A stretch of 32,000 nucleotides of DNA, from contig CP076101.2 in assembly GCA_015256915.3 (NCBI GenBank), positions 210,001-242,000 on the forward strand, written 5' to 3'. The DNA comes from Candidatus Saccharimonas sp. (GTDB lineage Bacteria > Patescibacteriota > Saccharimonadia > Saccharimonadales > Saccharimonadaceae). The notes below the pieces were generated by a model. The model was not told where the DNA came from. It ran no database searches and saw nothing but the letters and a program-made list of their open reading frames with translations. The translations under genes were made by a program, and so were the position numbers. This document shows, in pieces, positions 8,639 to 17,701 of this stretch (the stretch's first letter is position 1; each line of letters opens with the position of its first letter).

Positions 8639-9297
8639 TGTTTCTCCAGTTTGTAGCCAATGTTACGGATGGTTTTAATGCAATCAAGCCCAAATTTTTT
8701 GCGCAGGTCTTTTATATAAACGTCAATTACTCGATCGAATGGTATGTTCTCACTTTCCTTCCAAACATTTTCTAAAATCTGTTTTCTAGTTAAAGCTCTG
8801 CCTTCGTTGAGTAATAAGTATTTTAAAACCTCAATTTCTTTTGCGCTAATTTCTACTGCGGAATTATTTATTTTTGCAGAAAAATTACTGAAATTAACTT
8901 CTAGATCTTTATAACTGAAAACTTCGAATTTTTCATAATTTTTTGTAATTAGTGCGTCAATTCGAGCTTTCAAAACTGGGAGCGAAAACGGTTTTTCAAT
9001 ATAGCCATCCGCCAGATTTGAAAAGGCAGTGATTTTAAATTCTTCATCGCTAAATGCAGTTAAAATAAGAACTGGTAGATTGCTTTTTTCTCTGATTCTT
9101 CGAAGGACATCTAGGCCGTTTATAAATGGAATTTGAATATCTAAAATCACCAAGTTGATTTTATTTGATTCGAATTTAGACAAAGCCTCTCGTCCGTCGC
9201 GCGCCTCGATTGTTTCATAATTAAATTCAGATAGATATGCGCAAATCCCTTCTCGTATTGTTGCGTCATCTTCGGTAATAAGTATTTTCATTGCCAT
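8635..9297 (-). CDS. OmpR/PhoB-family response regulator
   Basis: Receiver domain (KILITEDD, LVILDIQIP) plus a winged-helix output (LTRKQILENVW, IDVYIKDLRKKF, IRNIGYKLE). Confidence 0.9.
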   Translation of the reverse strand: MAMKILITEDDATIREGICAYLSEFNYETIEARDGREALSKFESNKINLVILDIQIPFINGLDVLRRIREKSNLPVLILTAFSDEEFKITAFSNLADGYIEKPFSLPVLKARIDALITKNYEKFEVFSYKDLEVNFSNFSAKINNSAVEISAKEIEVLKYLLLNEGRALTRKQILENVWKESENIPFDRVIDVYIKDLRKKFGLDCIKTIRNIGYKLEKQ

Positions 9298-9305
9298 CTT
9301 TTAAT

Positions 9306-9334
9306 ATTATATCACTTTATAGCGTCTACTTCAA
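9306..9334 (-). promoter_or_regulatory. Promoter of the response regulator/kinase operon, start codon 8 nt after the -10
   Basis: On the - strand: TTGAAG (9329-9334), 17-nt spacer, TGATATAAT (9306-9314), then 8 nt to ATG 9297. Confidence 0.6.
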
Positions 9335-9338
9335 AGAG

Positions 9339-9367
9339 AATATCAGTGCCATTGTGGCACTGATATT
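9339..9367 (-). terminator. 12-bp perfect hairpin between the ABC transporter genes and the two-component genes
   Basis: AATATCAGTGCC (9339-9350) pairs with GGCACTGATATT (9356-9367) around a 5-nt loop. It starts 6 nt after the permease stop. The U-run on the - strand is only moderate (UUCUCUUU). Confidence 0.5.
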
Positions 9368-9372
9368 GTTTT

Positions 9373-10749
9373 TTATTCTGTATCTGATAATAAATCTTTA
9401 GGGTTTTTCTTTAGAATACCAGATGAAGCGATATATAGCGAAATTGCGAGCACAATAGTCATGAATATAATTACCCAGACCAGCATATTTGGATTGATCG
9501 TCATATCAAGACTACTGAGAGTTTTATTAAATCCATCCACCTCGGCGCCACCACCTAGGCCTGTTGAAGCTGACTGTTTAGCAATTTGCTTAGCGATATT
9601 TCCGGTAACACTTTGCAAAATATTGTTTCCAATGTGTTTTCCGGCATAACTAGCTAAGAAATATGAACCAATAAAAGCTGGAATTGTTACGAAAGCTAAC
9701 TCTACCGTAAACTGAGCTAAAATTTGACCTTTCGAAATTCCTAATGAAAGTAGCACTGCAATTTCTTTTTTGCGGGCATTGATCCATAAGAACAATAGCA
9801 GCGAAACTATAATTCCGGCGAATAGCAATGACCCGATAAATAACTGGTTAGCTATAGAATAAACTCCTGAAATCGATTGCTGAAGCGCAGGATAGTTTGA
9901 AGAGCTTTTAATTAGACTGTATTCTTGCCAATTTATATCTAATTTTCCAAGATCTTTTATAACTTGGTCAAGATTTTTATTTCCTTTAACGGAAAAAGTT
10001 GCATCTTGGTAAGTTGCCGTGTCTTCGGTGTTTCCATAAACCTTTGCTGCAGTGTGAATATCTGTAACTAAGGTATTTTCGTAAAGTTCTTGTGCAGCAG
10101 TAACACCACCTTTATTATGCCCGTCAAAAAGGCCTTTTATTTCAACTTCTACCGTTTCGTTAGCGCCTTTTTCGTTATCTGCGTCAAATAAATTTGATTT
10201 TATCTTAATCTTATCGCCAACTTTGAGATTGTTCTTTTTGGCTAAATCTTTGTGAATTAAAACCTTATTTTTGTCTTGGCTGGTTAAATGCTTGCCTTCA
10301 ACTAATTTATATGTGCCTGAAACAAATTTAGTTTCCTTAGAAGAATCATTAACGCCAGTAAGCATAACGGCTCTTTTGAAATTCTTAGCTCGTTCGGGTG
10401 ATTGATTTGATGAAGTTTCTGATGTTTCGATGATGTCATATCCGTCTAAATCGGCAACGCTATTAATTCTTTTTACGTAGCTTTCTATATTTTCAGAATT
10501 GGCAATTTTTTTAATATCTTGGCCCTTGACGTTTCCTCCACCTCTTGGTGTACCAGGGTTAACTCGGCGGTTTATTTCCATTGAAAAGCTATTTGTGATA
10601 TTGCTAAAAGTTTTAGTTGAAGCTTTATCGGTAGCTTCTTTGATAGATAAACTAATTAAGCTCAAGGCCGACATTGTCAAGATGACTAGCAAAATCACTA
10701 GTGATTTTAAGCCTTTTCTCGTTACGTATGCAAAAGCATTTTTTAACAT
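9373..10749 (-). CDS. MacB/FtsX-type ABC transporter permease (458 aa)
   Basis: N-terminal TM, an extracytoplasmic domain of roughly 270 aa, and a C-terminal 3-TM FtsX module. N-terminus AYVTRKGLKS is paralogous to the 11412 gene. Confidence 0.85.
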   Translation of the reverse strand: MLKNAFAYVTRKGLKSLVILLVILTMSALSLISLSIKEATDKASTKTFSNITNSFSMEINRRVNPGTPRGGGNVKGQDIKKIANSENIESYVKRINSVADLDGYDIIETSETSSNQSPERAKNFKRAVMLTGVNDSSKETKFVSGTYKLVEGKHLTSQDKNKVLIHKDLAKKNNLKVGDKIKIKSNLFDADNEKGANETVEVEIKGLFDGHNKGGVTAAQELYENTLVTDIHTAAKVYGNTEDTATYQDATFSVKGNKNLDQVIKDLGKLDINWQEYSLIKSSSNYPALQQSISGVYSIANQLFIGSLLFAGIIVSLLLFLWINARKKEIAVLLSLGISKGQILAQFTVELAFVTIPAFIGSYFLASYAGKHIGNNILQSVTGNIAKQIAKQSASTGLGGGAEVDGFNKTLSSLDMTINPNMLVWVIIFMTIVLAISLYIASSGILKKNPKDLLSDTE

Positions 10750-10763
10750 TATTTTACTCCCTT

Positions 10764-11402
10764 CTACCCACGTTTATTGATTAATTTTTTATTGTTAAGT
10801 TCGAACACAATATCGGCAGCACGCGCAACTTCTTTACTGTGAGTTACGACAATTACGCATTTGTTCCTTTCTTTAGCTAGTTTTTTGAGAATCTCGATAA
10901 TCTCGCTAGCTGTATTTTCATCCAAATTTCCAGTTGGCTCATCAGCCAAAATAACTGGTGCGCTCGAAACTAGTGCGCGCGCAATCGCTACTCTTTGCTG
11001 CTGGCCGCCTGAAAGCTTCATCACGTTTCGTTTAATTTGGTGTTCACTAAGACCAAGTTCTAACAAAATATCCTGCTGGGCTTGATTATTCACTAGGCGG
11101 ATATTTTCGAGCGGTGAAAGGTAATCGATGAGATTATAATTTTGAAAAACCAGAGAGATGTTGTTTTTGCGGTGATTTGTGTAGCCAGTTTCTTGGATAT
11201 TCTCTCCATTGAAAAGTATTTTTCCGTTATCTGGCTCATCTAGGCCAGCTAGCAATGAGAGTAGTGTGGATTTTCCGGAGCCAGATTTACCGATAATCGC
11301 ATAGAATTTTCCCTCTTCGAAACTTTCATTAACATTTGCTAGAACTTTCTCTTTCGAATCTTTATAGCTATAAGTTAAATTTTTAATCTCTAATATTTTC
11401 AT
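10764..11402 (-). CDS. ABC transporter ATP-binding protein (MacB/LolD-like)
   Basis: Walker [10 protein letters not shown], signature [15 protein letters not shown], Walker [13 protein letters not shown]-loop VTHS. Confidence 0.92.
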   Translation of the reverse strand: MKILEIKNLTYSYKDSKEKVLANVNESFEEGKFYAIIGKSGSGKSTLLSLLAGLDEPDNGKILFNGENIQETGYTNHRKNNISLVFQNYNLIDYLSPLENIRLVNNQAQQDILLELGLSEHQIKRNVMKLSGGQQQRVAIARALVSSAPVILADEPTGNLDENTASEIIEILKKLAKERNKCVIVVTHSKEVARAADIVFELNNKKLINKRG

Positions 11403-11411
11403 AATATTCTC

Positions 11412-12701
11412 CTAACTAATTTTTGATAAAATTTCCTTTGGTTTTTTAACTAAAATCATCGTTGATGCAATAATTACAGACAGAATAATTATTGTGATTA
11501 ATATGCTATAGCTTTGCATAAAAACCGCTAAGCTGTCTAACCCAAAAATATTGTTTATGAAACTTGATGCTACAGATGAGGTTTCTTCGGCTTCACTGAG
11601 CCCTTTTGTGATTAAGCTGAAAACTAAATTTCCAAGAATGAAAGAGCTGATTATTGTAGGGATTGATATTAAAACTAGCTCTATAATAAATTGTGATATT
11701 ATCTGAAGTTTGCTTGCGCCGATTGATAGTAGAATTCCTATCTCATAAATCCTCTCGCGCAACCAAAGCATTAGAATTAAGCTAAGCACTACACTTCCAC
11801 CAATTATTATCAAATAAGTCATTAAATTGATAATATTTTTAATTCCAGCTATTGACTCTAAAGTGTCCTTGAAGGCGGCATTATTTTTTTCAATCTTATA
11901 TTTAGACCAGTCGATATTAAGTTTTTCAGTTTTTGCAATGGCTTTATCTAGCTGGTCCGCCGTTTCGGTGTATAGAGTTGTTTTGCTTAAAAGTCGTTCG
12001 TTTTCTGACAGATTAAGTGCTTGCATAGTTGTTTCGAAATCTGAAAATATTGTATTCTCACTAAAATCAGAAGATAAACCAGTATATTTTTCTTGCTTTT
12101 TACCGCTAAAAATCCCCACAATCTCAAACCTAGTTTTTTGAGATTTAGTTTTTTTGTCGCTTGTATTTATTAAATTAAGCTCAATTCTATCACCAATTTT
12201 TAGATTATTTTTTTGAGCGAAAGCTTCGTGGATTAAGGCTTTTCCTCTATCGTTTTGTTCTAGATGACGACCTTGTTTGAGCTTGAATACGCCACTGCTA
12301 AAGAGTGTATTTTTAGCGGTATTGTTGGTGCTGTAAATTGCAACTGTATTTTTTGAGTCTTCACCAAGATCATCTCGCTGAACTTGCTGATTAGAGGATA
12401 TAGCTTTAGCATTTTTAGGTTTGGCCAAGCCTTCGTATTCAAGCAATAACTCTTTGATTTCTTTAATATTTCGAATATTCTTAATATCTTTGTAGCTAAA
12501 ATAGCCCTGAGAATCTTTCTTAACTATCGAGAAAGATGAATTCGATGCTTTATATAGCGAATTTTCTAGATTAATGCTAGAATTAACTACGCTCAAACAT
12601 GCATATAGGCTTGAAAGCACCGCAGTAAGAATTAAAAAAACAATCGTAGTTCTTTTTTTCTTTCGCGTAACATAAGCCAGTGACTTTTGTATGATTCTCA
12701 A
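11412..12701 (-). CDS. MacB/FtsX-type ABC transporter permease (second paralogue)
   Basis: Same architecture as the 9373-10749 gene. I prefer the TTG at 12701, which is 5 nt after AAAGGAGA and gives MRIIQKSLAYVTRKK, parallel to the paralogue. The ORF track starts at GTG 12716. Confidence 0.82.
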   Translation of the reverse strand: MRIIQKSLAYVTRKKKRTTIVFLILTAVLSSLYACLSVVNSSINLENSLYKASNSSFSIVKKDSQGYFSYKDIKNIRNIKEIKELLLEYEGLAKPKNAKAISSNQQVQRDDLGEDSKNTVAIYSTNNTAKNTLFSSGVFKLKQGRHLEQNDRGKALIHEAFAQKNNLKIGDRIELNLINTSDKKTKSQKTRFEIVGIFSGKKQEKYTGLSSDFSENTIFSDFETTMQALNLSENERLLSKTTLYTETADQLDKAIAKTEKLNIDWSKYKIEKNNAAFKDTLESIAGIKNIINLMTYLIIIGGSVVLSLILMLWLRERIYEIGILLSIGASKLQIISQFIIELVLISIPTIISSFILGNLVFSLITKGLSEAEETSSVASSFINNIFGLDSLAVFMQSYSILITIIILSVIIASTMILVKKPKEILSKIS

Positions 12702-12752
12702 TCTATCTCCTTTCACTTTAGTTTCATACTTAACTACATTTTATGATAGTTT

Positions 12753-12769
12753 TATGAAGTGAATATGAA
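12753..12769 (-). promoter_or_regulatory. Direct repeat TATGAA-N5-TATGAA (TTCATA on the - strand), candidate response-regulator box upstream of the ABC operon
   Basis: Hexamers at 12753-12758 and 12764-12769 have an 11-bp period. They lie just upstream of a TAAAAT -10-like box (12738-12743) that has no recognisable -35. OmpR-family regulators typically bind direct repeats one helical turn apart. Confidence 0.25.
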
Positions 12770-12915
12770 ATTTGGTAGATTTTCTGCAGAAATTTCAATA
12801 AGTAAAAAATCTTCTAAATTTGAAGTGGTGTTTAATGAGATTAAGAAGCTGAGAGGTGTCATGACTACCCTATGGCTTTTTTATTATTTATATAAAAGCA
12901 AATAAGAATATTTTT

Positions 12916-13476
12916 TTAGATTGATCGCTTATCGTTTTTGAGTGAATCTTTCGCAAATTCTTCAATAAAATCTTCACAAACTCCAAAAATCTGGGGCAGT
13001 TTTTCGCTTTCACTTTTCGAAAATTTTGCAAGAACAAAATTCATTGCACCAATTTTGGGCAGAAATTTATTTTTGATACCGATTTTTATTCGTGCAAAAT
13101 CTTCACCAAAAACTGAAATTAAAGATTTCAAACCGTTATTTCCGGCTGAACTTCCACTTTTTCGAACACGAACCACGCCAAAATCCAAATCAAGATCATC
13201 GTGAACGGCTAAAAAATCTTTTCGAAAATCCACTTTATAAAAATCACAAATTGAACGAGCTGAAAAGCCAGTTTCGTTATAAAAAGTTGTTGGCTTAACA
13301 AGCAAAACTTTTTCACCAAAAAGTGTAATTTCAGCAATAAAAGCTTTAAATTTTGGCTTTTCTTGGAATTTTGCGTTTAACTTTTTCGCCAAAAAATCTG
13401 CAAATTCAAAGCCAATATTATGGCGCGTTCCATTATATTTTTCTGGAAAATTGCCTTGAAAAAGTATAATTTTCAT
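12916..13476 (-). CDS. pth: Peptidyl-tRNA hydrolase
   Basis: YNGTRHNIGFEFADFLA and DDLDL.FG..R motifs. RBS AAAGGA lies before ATG 13476, immediately downstream of der. Confidence 0.9.
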   Translation of the reverse strand: MKIILFQGNFPEKYNGTRHNIGFEFADFLAKKLNAKFQEKPKFKAFIAEITLFGEKVLLVKPTTFYNETGFSARSICDFYKVDFRKDFLAVHDDLDLDFGVVRVRKSGSSAGNNGLKSLISVFGEDFARIKIGIKNKFLPKIGAMNFVLAKFSKSESEKLPQIFGVCEDFIEEFAKDSLKNDKRSI

Positions 13477-13515
13477 TTTGTCCTTTCGAAAATCGCCCCA
13501 AGCGCGGGGCGAAAA

Positions 13516-14976
13516 TTATTGATTTTTTTGAATTCGAGCAAGTTTTTCGTCGCGTTTGCGTTCGCGTTTATTTTGTGTATCGGTAGCTTTTTTGAGCGCG
13601 CCAGAGTTTTTGTTGACTACTTTTTTACCAGCCGAAATTCTTGCACGGTTTTCTTTGATTTGTTTTTCATCTCTGAAAGAAAACTTAATCGGCGTGCCAG
13701 AATAATCGAAATTCTCGCGAATTAAGCGCTCCAAATATCGTTTATAGCTCCAATGAACAAATTTTAGATTTGATCCATGAATAATGAACCAAGGTGGGTT
13801 ACTATCACTTTGTGAAATGTAACGCAATTTTGGATGTGTATTCTTTAAACCTGCTGGCGGATGAGCTTGAGTTGCTTTTTGTAAAAGCTGATTTAAAATT
13901 GAAGTCTTTGCTTGTCTTGCACGGTTGCAGTGAACTTTCAAAATCAAATCATAAATTTTGGTCACATTCTGGCCAGTTTTCGAACTCGTAAAAATTAACG
14001 GAGCCCAAGGAGTAAATTTAAAATAATATGCGATTCGTGGCGCCAAAGCGTCGCGAGTGTAAGCATCTTTCCCTTCAACACTATCCCATTTCGAAACTAC
14101 GATAATCATCCCTTTTCCGGCATCATTAATTAAGCCAGCAATTCGTTGGTCAAGCTGAGTATTAAGTTCGTTTGCATCCATTAAAAGCAAACAAATATCG
14201 GCTTCGTCAATCGCATTTAAAGTTCGAAGCACACTGAATTTTTCAATTCCAACTTCTTGTTTGCCGGGTTTTCGCATTCCAGCTGTGTCGATAATTTCGA
14301 TAGTTTTTTCATTAAAGCGAATTTGCGTTTTGTTGGTATCACGCGTTGTTCCAGCAACATTTGCTACAATCGCCTGCTGTTTGCCCGCCATCGTATTGAA
14401 AAGATAGGATTTTCCAGCATTTGGGCGGCCGACTAAAGCCACACGAATTATATCTTTGTCGCGTTTTTCTTCTTTAACTTTTGGAATTTTTTCAGCAATT
14501 TCGGTCAAGAGTTCATCAACGCCAGCATTATGCTCGGCAGAAGTTCGAATAATCGGTTTAACACCAAGCCGCAAAAATTCTTCATTTGGTAAATTCCCTT
14601 TTAAGTCAGTTTTGTTCAAAACTAAAATTACTGGCTTTCGAGATTTTAAAGCCTTTTTTGCAATCAAGCGATCTTCATTTGAAAAAGGTTTAGTGCTATC
14701 AAGAACTACCAAAATCAATTCACTGGCGTCAACCGCGTCTTGAATTTGTTCTTGAATTGTAGCCTCAAACTCATCATTTGGGTCTTTTAAACCAGCTGTA
14801 TCGATCAGCCAAAAAGCCTGTTTTTTATAATTAACTTTACCAAGAACACTGTCGCGCGTCGTTCCGGCTTCTCGTGCAACAACGGCTTGCTGGGCACGAA
14901 TCATTCGGTTAAAAAGCGAAGATTTTCCAACATTCGCCTGACCAATAATTGCAACTTTAGGGAGATTTTTAGACAT
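13516..14976 (-). CDS. der: Ribosome-associated GTPase Der/EngA with a basic C-terminal tail
   Basis: Two GTPase domains (GQANVGKSSLFN and GRPNAGKSYLFN, each with DTAG and NK.D), then a KH-like domain. About 45 extra K/R-rich residues at the C-terminus. Confidence 0.92.
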   Translation of the reverse strand: MSKNLPKVAIIGQANVGKSSLFNRMIRAQQAVVAREAGTTRDSVLGKVNYKKQAFWLIDTAGLKDPNDEFEATIQEQIQDAVDASELILVVLDSTKPFSNEDRLIAKKALKSRKPVILVLNKTDLKGNLPNEEFLRLGVKPIIRTSAEHNAGVDELLTEIAEKIPKVKEEKRDKDIIRVALVGRPNAGKSYLFNTMAGKQQAIVANVAGTTRDTNKTQIRFNEKTIEIIDTAGMRKPGKQEVGIEKFSVLRTLNAIDEADICLLLMDANELNTQLDQRIAGLINDAGKGMIIVVSKWDSVEGKDAYTRDALAPRIAYYFKFTPWAPLIFTSSKTGQNVTKIYDLILKVHCNRARQAKTSILNQLLQKATQAHPPAGLKNTHPKLRYISQSDSNPPWFIIHGSNLKFVHWSYKRYLERLIRENFDYSGTPIKFSFRDEKQIKENRARISAGKKVVNKNSGALKKATDTQNKRERKRDEKLARIQKNQ

Positions 14977-14985
14977 AGTTTCTTA

Positions 14986-15014
14986 ATTATAACACAATAT
15001 GCCTAAAAATTCAA
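14986..15014 (-). promoter_or_regulatory. Promoter of der-pth, start codon 9 nt after the -10
   Basis: On the - strand: TTGAAT (15009-15014), 17-nt spacer, TGTTATAAT (14986-14994), then 9 nt to ATG 14976. No SD. Confidence 0.6.
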
Positions 15015-15025
15015 ACTTTTCGAAA

Positions 15026-16360
15026 TTAAAATCCAACTTTAATTTTTTGTTTTCGAAGATAAATTTCAGATAAAAAGAATTGCAAAAATCCAACAATTGC
15101 AGTGGTTAAAAATACGCCAGTCAAGCCAAGGTTTAGAGTTTTTAGAAAAATTAAAATTCCAATTGGGGTTAGAATACTGGTTGCTGCTGCATAAATAACT
15201 TGCATGGTGCCATTGTATTTTTTCAAAAATGAACGCGTAATTGAAAGCAGAATATAATAGCGAATTTTTGAACAAACTTCGATTGCAAATAAAATCAAAA
15301 TCATCGGATTGAGGATTGCGTTTTTTACCGCTGAATCATTTGAAATAATATTCACCCAAATTGGCGCCGAAAATCCAATCGAAACTGTAAGAATAAAGAA
15401 AAATTTTAAAGCTAACCGCCAAATAAATTTATTATTTTGATAAACTTCTTTTTGTGTTTTAAAGCCTAATTTTGAGTTGTAAGAAACGTCAACATTTGCA
15501 AGACTTGCGCTCGCATCAACTACGCCTTCAAGAAAAGCACCGATCGTATAAATCCAATATCGGGCTGAAACGAATGATGGTGAAAGATATAATAAAGATG
15601 ATGTTGTGAAAATAGCAACAATTCTTGGAGCTAATCTGCGGATAATTTCCCATTTTGTATTAAGCCAAAGTTTTTTAATCCATCTCTGATCAAATTCAAA
15701 ACCATTTTTAAAGAAGTTCGGGCAAGGTTTAGCAATTAAAAAATAAATCAATGGAATTGCGTTAGCCAAAAAACAGGCAATCATCATTCCATTCGCTCCC
15801 CAATTAAAAACCCAAAGTGCTATAAAAGAACCAATCGCCATAAACCAAGTTGTGGCGTGGTCGAGAATCATTGCTTCTCGTGTTCGAAAAGTTGCTTTCA
15901 GATAAGAAGTTATTAACATCTGGCTTGGACAAACTAAGAAAATTGTTGCTACACAAATTCGCCAATAAGGTACATACATTGAAAGCAATTCTTTCGAAAC
16001 TCCAAGGCTACCAAGAATTTCGCCCGCAAAAATAAAAGAAATAAGAGCGGCTGGTGTTAAAATTAAATAAACCAAATAAAATGCATTTTTTAAAGGTTTC
16101 GAAGCTTTTTCGGCACTTTTGCCCACCATGTAAGCTGGCAAATTTGCAACTAGAGCTGTTCGAACGGCATAATAAGCACACGAAAGTACCACCCACAGCG
16201 TATCTGATACTGCGAACATTGTTAATGATTTTTGAGCATAAGCTACATTTGGATACCAGGCCATTACTAGCGCCCAGTTTGCTTCGACAAGATTATCGGC
16301 AATCGTGCCGAGAAAATTATCGAAGAACATTTTTCGAAGTTCTTTTTTAGTTTTTAGCAT
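15026..16360 (-). CDS. Polytopic membrane protein, MATE/MOP-superfamily-like transporter
   Basis: About 12 predicted TM segments and a length typical of MATE/Wzx-type proteins. The family call is tentative. ATG 16360 is preferred over TTG 16366 because of the promoter geometry. Confidence 0.45.
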   Translation of the reverse strand: MLKTKKELRKMFFDNFLGTIADNLVEANWALVMAWYPNVAYAQKSLTMFAVSDTLWVVLSCAYYAVRTALVANLPAYMVGKSAEKASKPLKNAFYLVYLILTPAALISFIFAGEILGSLGVSKELLSMYVPYWRICVATIFLVCPSQMLITSYLKATFRTREAMILDHATTWFMAIGSFIALWVFNWGANGMMIACFLANAIPLIYFLIAKPCPNFFKNGFEFDQRWIKKLWLNTKWEIIRRLAPRIVAIFTTSSLLYLSPSFVSARYWIYTIGAFLEGVVDASASLANVDVSYNSKLGFKTQKEVYQNNKFIWRLALKFFFILTVSIGFSAPIWVNIISNDSAVKNAILNPMILILFAIEVCSKIRYYILLSITRSFLKKYNGTMQVIYAAATSILTPIGILIFLKTLNLGLTGVFLTTAIVGFLQFFLSEIYLRKQKIKVGF

Positions 16361-16368
16361 ATTCAATT

Positions 16369-16397
16369 ATTGTATAATTTTTCGAAATAAAAATCAA
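16369..16397 (-). promoter_or_regulatory. Promoter of the MATE-like gene, start codon 8 nt after the -10
   Basis: On the - strand: TTGATT (16392-16397), 17-nt spacer, TACAAT (16369-16374), then 8 nt to ATG 16360. Confidence 0.5.
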
Positions 16398-16408
16398 TAT
16401 TGAGAAAC

Positions 16409-16437
16409 TTGCTTAAGAACTTAAAAAATGATATAAT
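16409..16437 (+). promoter_or_regulatory. Promoter of the 164-aa orphan gene
   Basis: TTGCTT (16409-16414), 17-nt spacer, TGATATAAT (16429-16437). The leader carries GGAGG (16457-16461). Confidence 0.6.
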
Positions 16438-16469
16438 AAGAATCCAAGAAAATTTTGGAGGTGCATAAA

Positions 16470-16964
16470 ATGCAAGAACATTTCAAAACAGATACAACGG
16501 CTATTCCATTAGCGTCAATGAAAACTCGTCGAATAGTTGCAAAAGATACTCGAAAAATTATCGAACAGGCTTTTGTGAGTGGCGAGCCCTATATTAATTT
16601 TGAGATTTTTCGAAATCTTTTTGATGTTGAAAAAATCTTGGATGTTCGAAGTGAATTTGTCTTTAAGATTAATATTGAAAAATTCGGAAATCCAGTTGCG
16701 GCAGGACAACTTGTGCGAACTTATGCTACAGAAATTCACTATTTTAATTTTCCTGGAGAAAGTTTGACTGAAAAAATTGCTCGAGCTTGTGAGTTCGAGC
16801 ATAACTCTGGTAATAAAGATAAAATTCCGATTGAAATTAAAGAATATTTCGAAAAGATTTTGGATATTTTTTATCAAATTATGCTTGATGAAAGAGTTGA
16901 AATTTCGAGTGGTTATGTAATGAATTTATTGATTAACCTTGCTGATCTTGCTGAATTGCAGTAA
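16470..16964 (+). CDS. Hypothetical protein (164 aa)
   Basis: ATG 16470 is 8 nt after GGAGG, and the gene has its own promoter and terminator. I recognise no family. It is the only + strand gene inside the 26-kb - strand block. Confidence 0.6.
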   Translation: MQEHFKTDTTAIPLASMKTRRIVAKDTRKIIEQAFVSGEPYINFEIFRNLFDVEKILDVRSEFVFKINIEKFGNPVAAGQLVRTYATEIHYFNFPGESLTEKIARACEFEHNSGNKDKIPIEIKEYFEKILDIFYQIMLDERVEISSGYVMNLLINLADLAELQ

Positions 16965-16970
16965 TTAATA

Positions 16971-17000
16971 AAAAGGCCTCAATTGAGGTCTTTTCTTCTT
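16971..17000 (+). terminator. Intrinsic terminator between convergent genes (better folded on the + strand)
   Basis: AAAAGGCCTC (16971-16980), AATT loop, GAGGTCTTTT (16985-16994), followed by a T-rich run. Confidence 0.6.
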
Positions 17001-17005
17001 TTAAA

Positions 17006-17698
17006 TTACAGCTTTTCAACTTTTCGAAAATCACCAAAATTTAAATCTTTCGGTAAAATATATGAGCCAAAAACTGTTCTGTGTAGTTCTTCAACTTCGT
17101 AGCCTATAGCCGAAAATGTTCGGCGAATCTGGCGGTTGCGACCTTCACTCATGATAACTTTCCAGTTTTTTCGCGAATCATCAAGCCGTTCAAGCCCAAG
17201 CTGTGATTTTCCGTCTGGTAGGTTAATTCCAAAATCGGCAATCATCTGTTGATGGATTGGCTGAAGCGGCGTGTCAAGAGAAACTAGATATTCTTTTACC
17301 TTTCGAAATTTTGGGTGGGTCATTTGAAAAGCAAAATCGCCATCATTTGTTAAGAGTAAAATTCCACTTGAATCTTTATCGAGCCGACCAACTGGTTTTA
17401 GCACGCTAAATTCTTTTGGGAGAATAGCATAAATTGTTTCATTCTCACCCTGTTTTTTCCGCGAGCAAACATAGCCGCGAGGCTTATTAAAAATTACATA
17501 TTTTTTTTCTTCACGAGTTTTTGAGATTATTTTTTCGCCGAGCTTTATTTCATCGCCTGCTTTGAATCGTTCACCGAGTTGAGCAGTTTTTCCGTTGATA
17601 GAAATTCGCCCTTTTTCGATAAGTTCATCTGCTTGCCTACGCGAAATTCCTAGCTGTAATGCCAGGAATTTATTTAAGCGTTCTGTTTTTTGCTCCAC
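17006..17698 (-). CDS. RsuA/RluB-family pseudouridine synthase
   Basis: N-terminal S4 domain (RLNKFLALQLGISRRQADELIEKGRISING) and catalytic motif GRLDKDSSGILLLTNDG. Confidence 0.87.
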   Translation of the reverse strand: MEQKTERLNKFLALQLGISRRQADELIEKGRISINGKTAQLGERFKAGDEIKLGEKIISKTREEKKYVIFNKPRGYVCSRKKQGENETIYAILPKEFSVLKPVGRLDKDSSGILLLTNDGDFAFQMTHPKFRKVKEYLVSLDTPLQPIHQQMIADFGINLPDGKSQLGLERLDDSRKNWKVIMSEGRNRQIRRTFSAIGYEVEELHRTVFGSYILPKDLNFGDFRKVEKL

Positions 17699-17701
17699 AA
17701 C

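Noticed and set aside
7316-12716. The two-component/ABC block as a novel defence system.
   Set aside because: All five proteins belong to well-known families in a well-known functional combination of sensor, regulator and FtsX/MacB-type efflux. It is reported as a variant architecture rather than a new system.
12781-12792. A perfect 12-bp palindrome TTTCTGCAGAAA upstream of the ABC operon, as an operator.
   Set aside because: Short A/T-flanked palindromes are frequent by chance here, and OmpR-type regulators prefer direct repeats. It is kept only as a note. The TTCATA direct repeat is the better candidate.
12765-12905. A 46-aa + strand ORF (MKFGRFSAEISISKK...) in the pth/ABC spacer, as a possible bacteriocin or signal-peptide gene next to the ABC transporter.
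   Set aside because: It has no convincing RBS or promoter. It runs antisense through the ABC operon control region, a T-run hairpin falls inside it, and its composition is what random AT-rich sequence gives.
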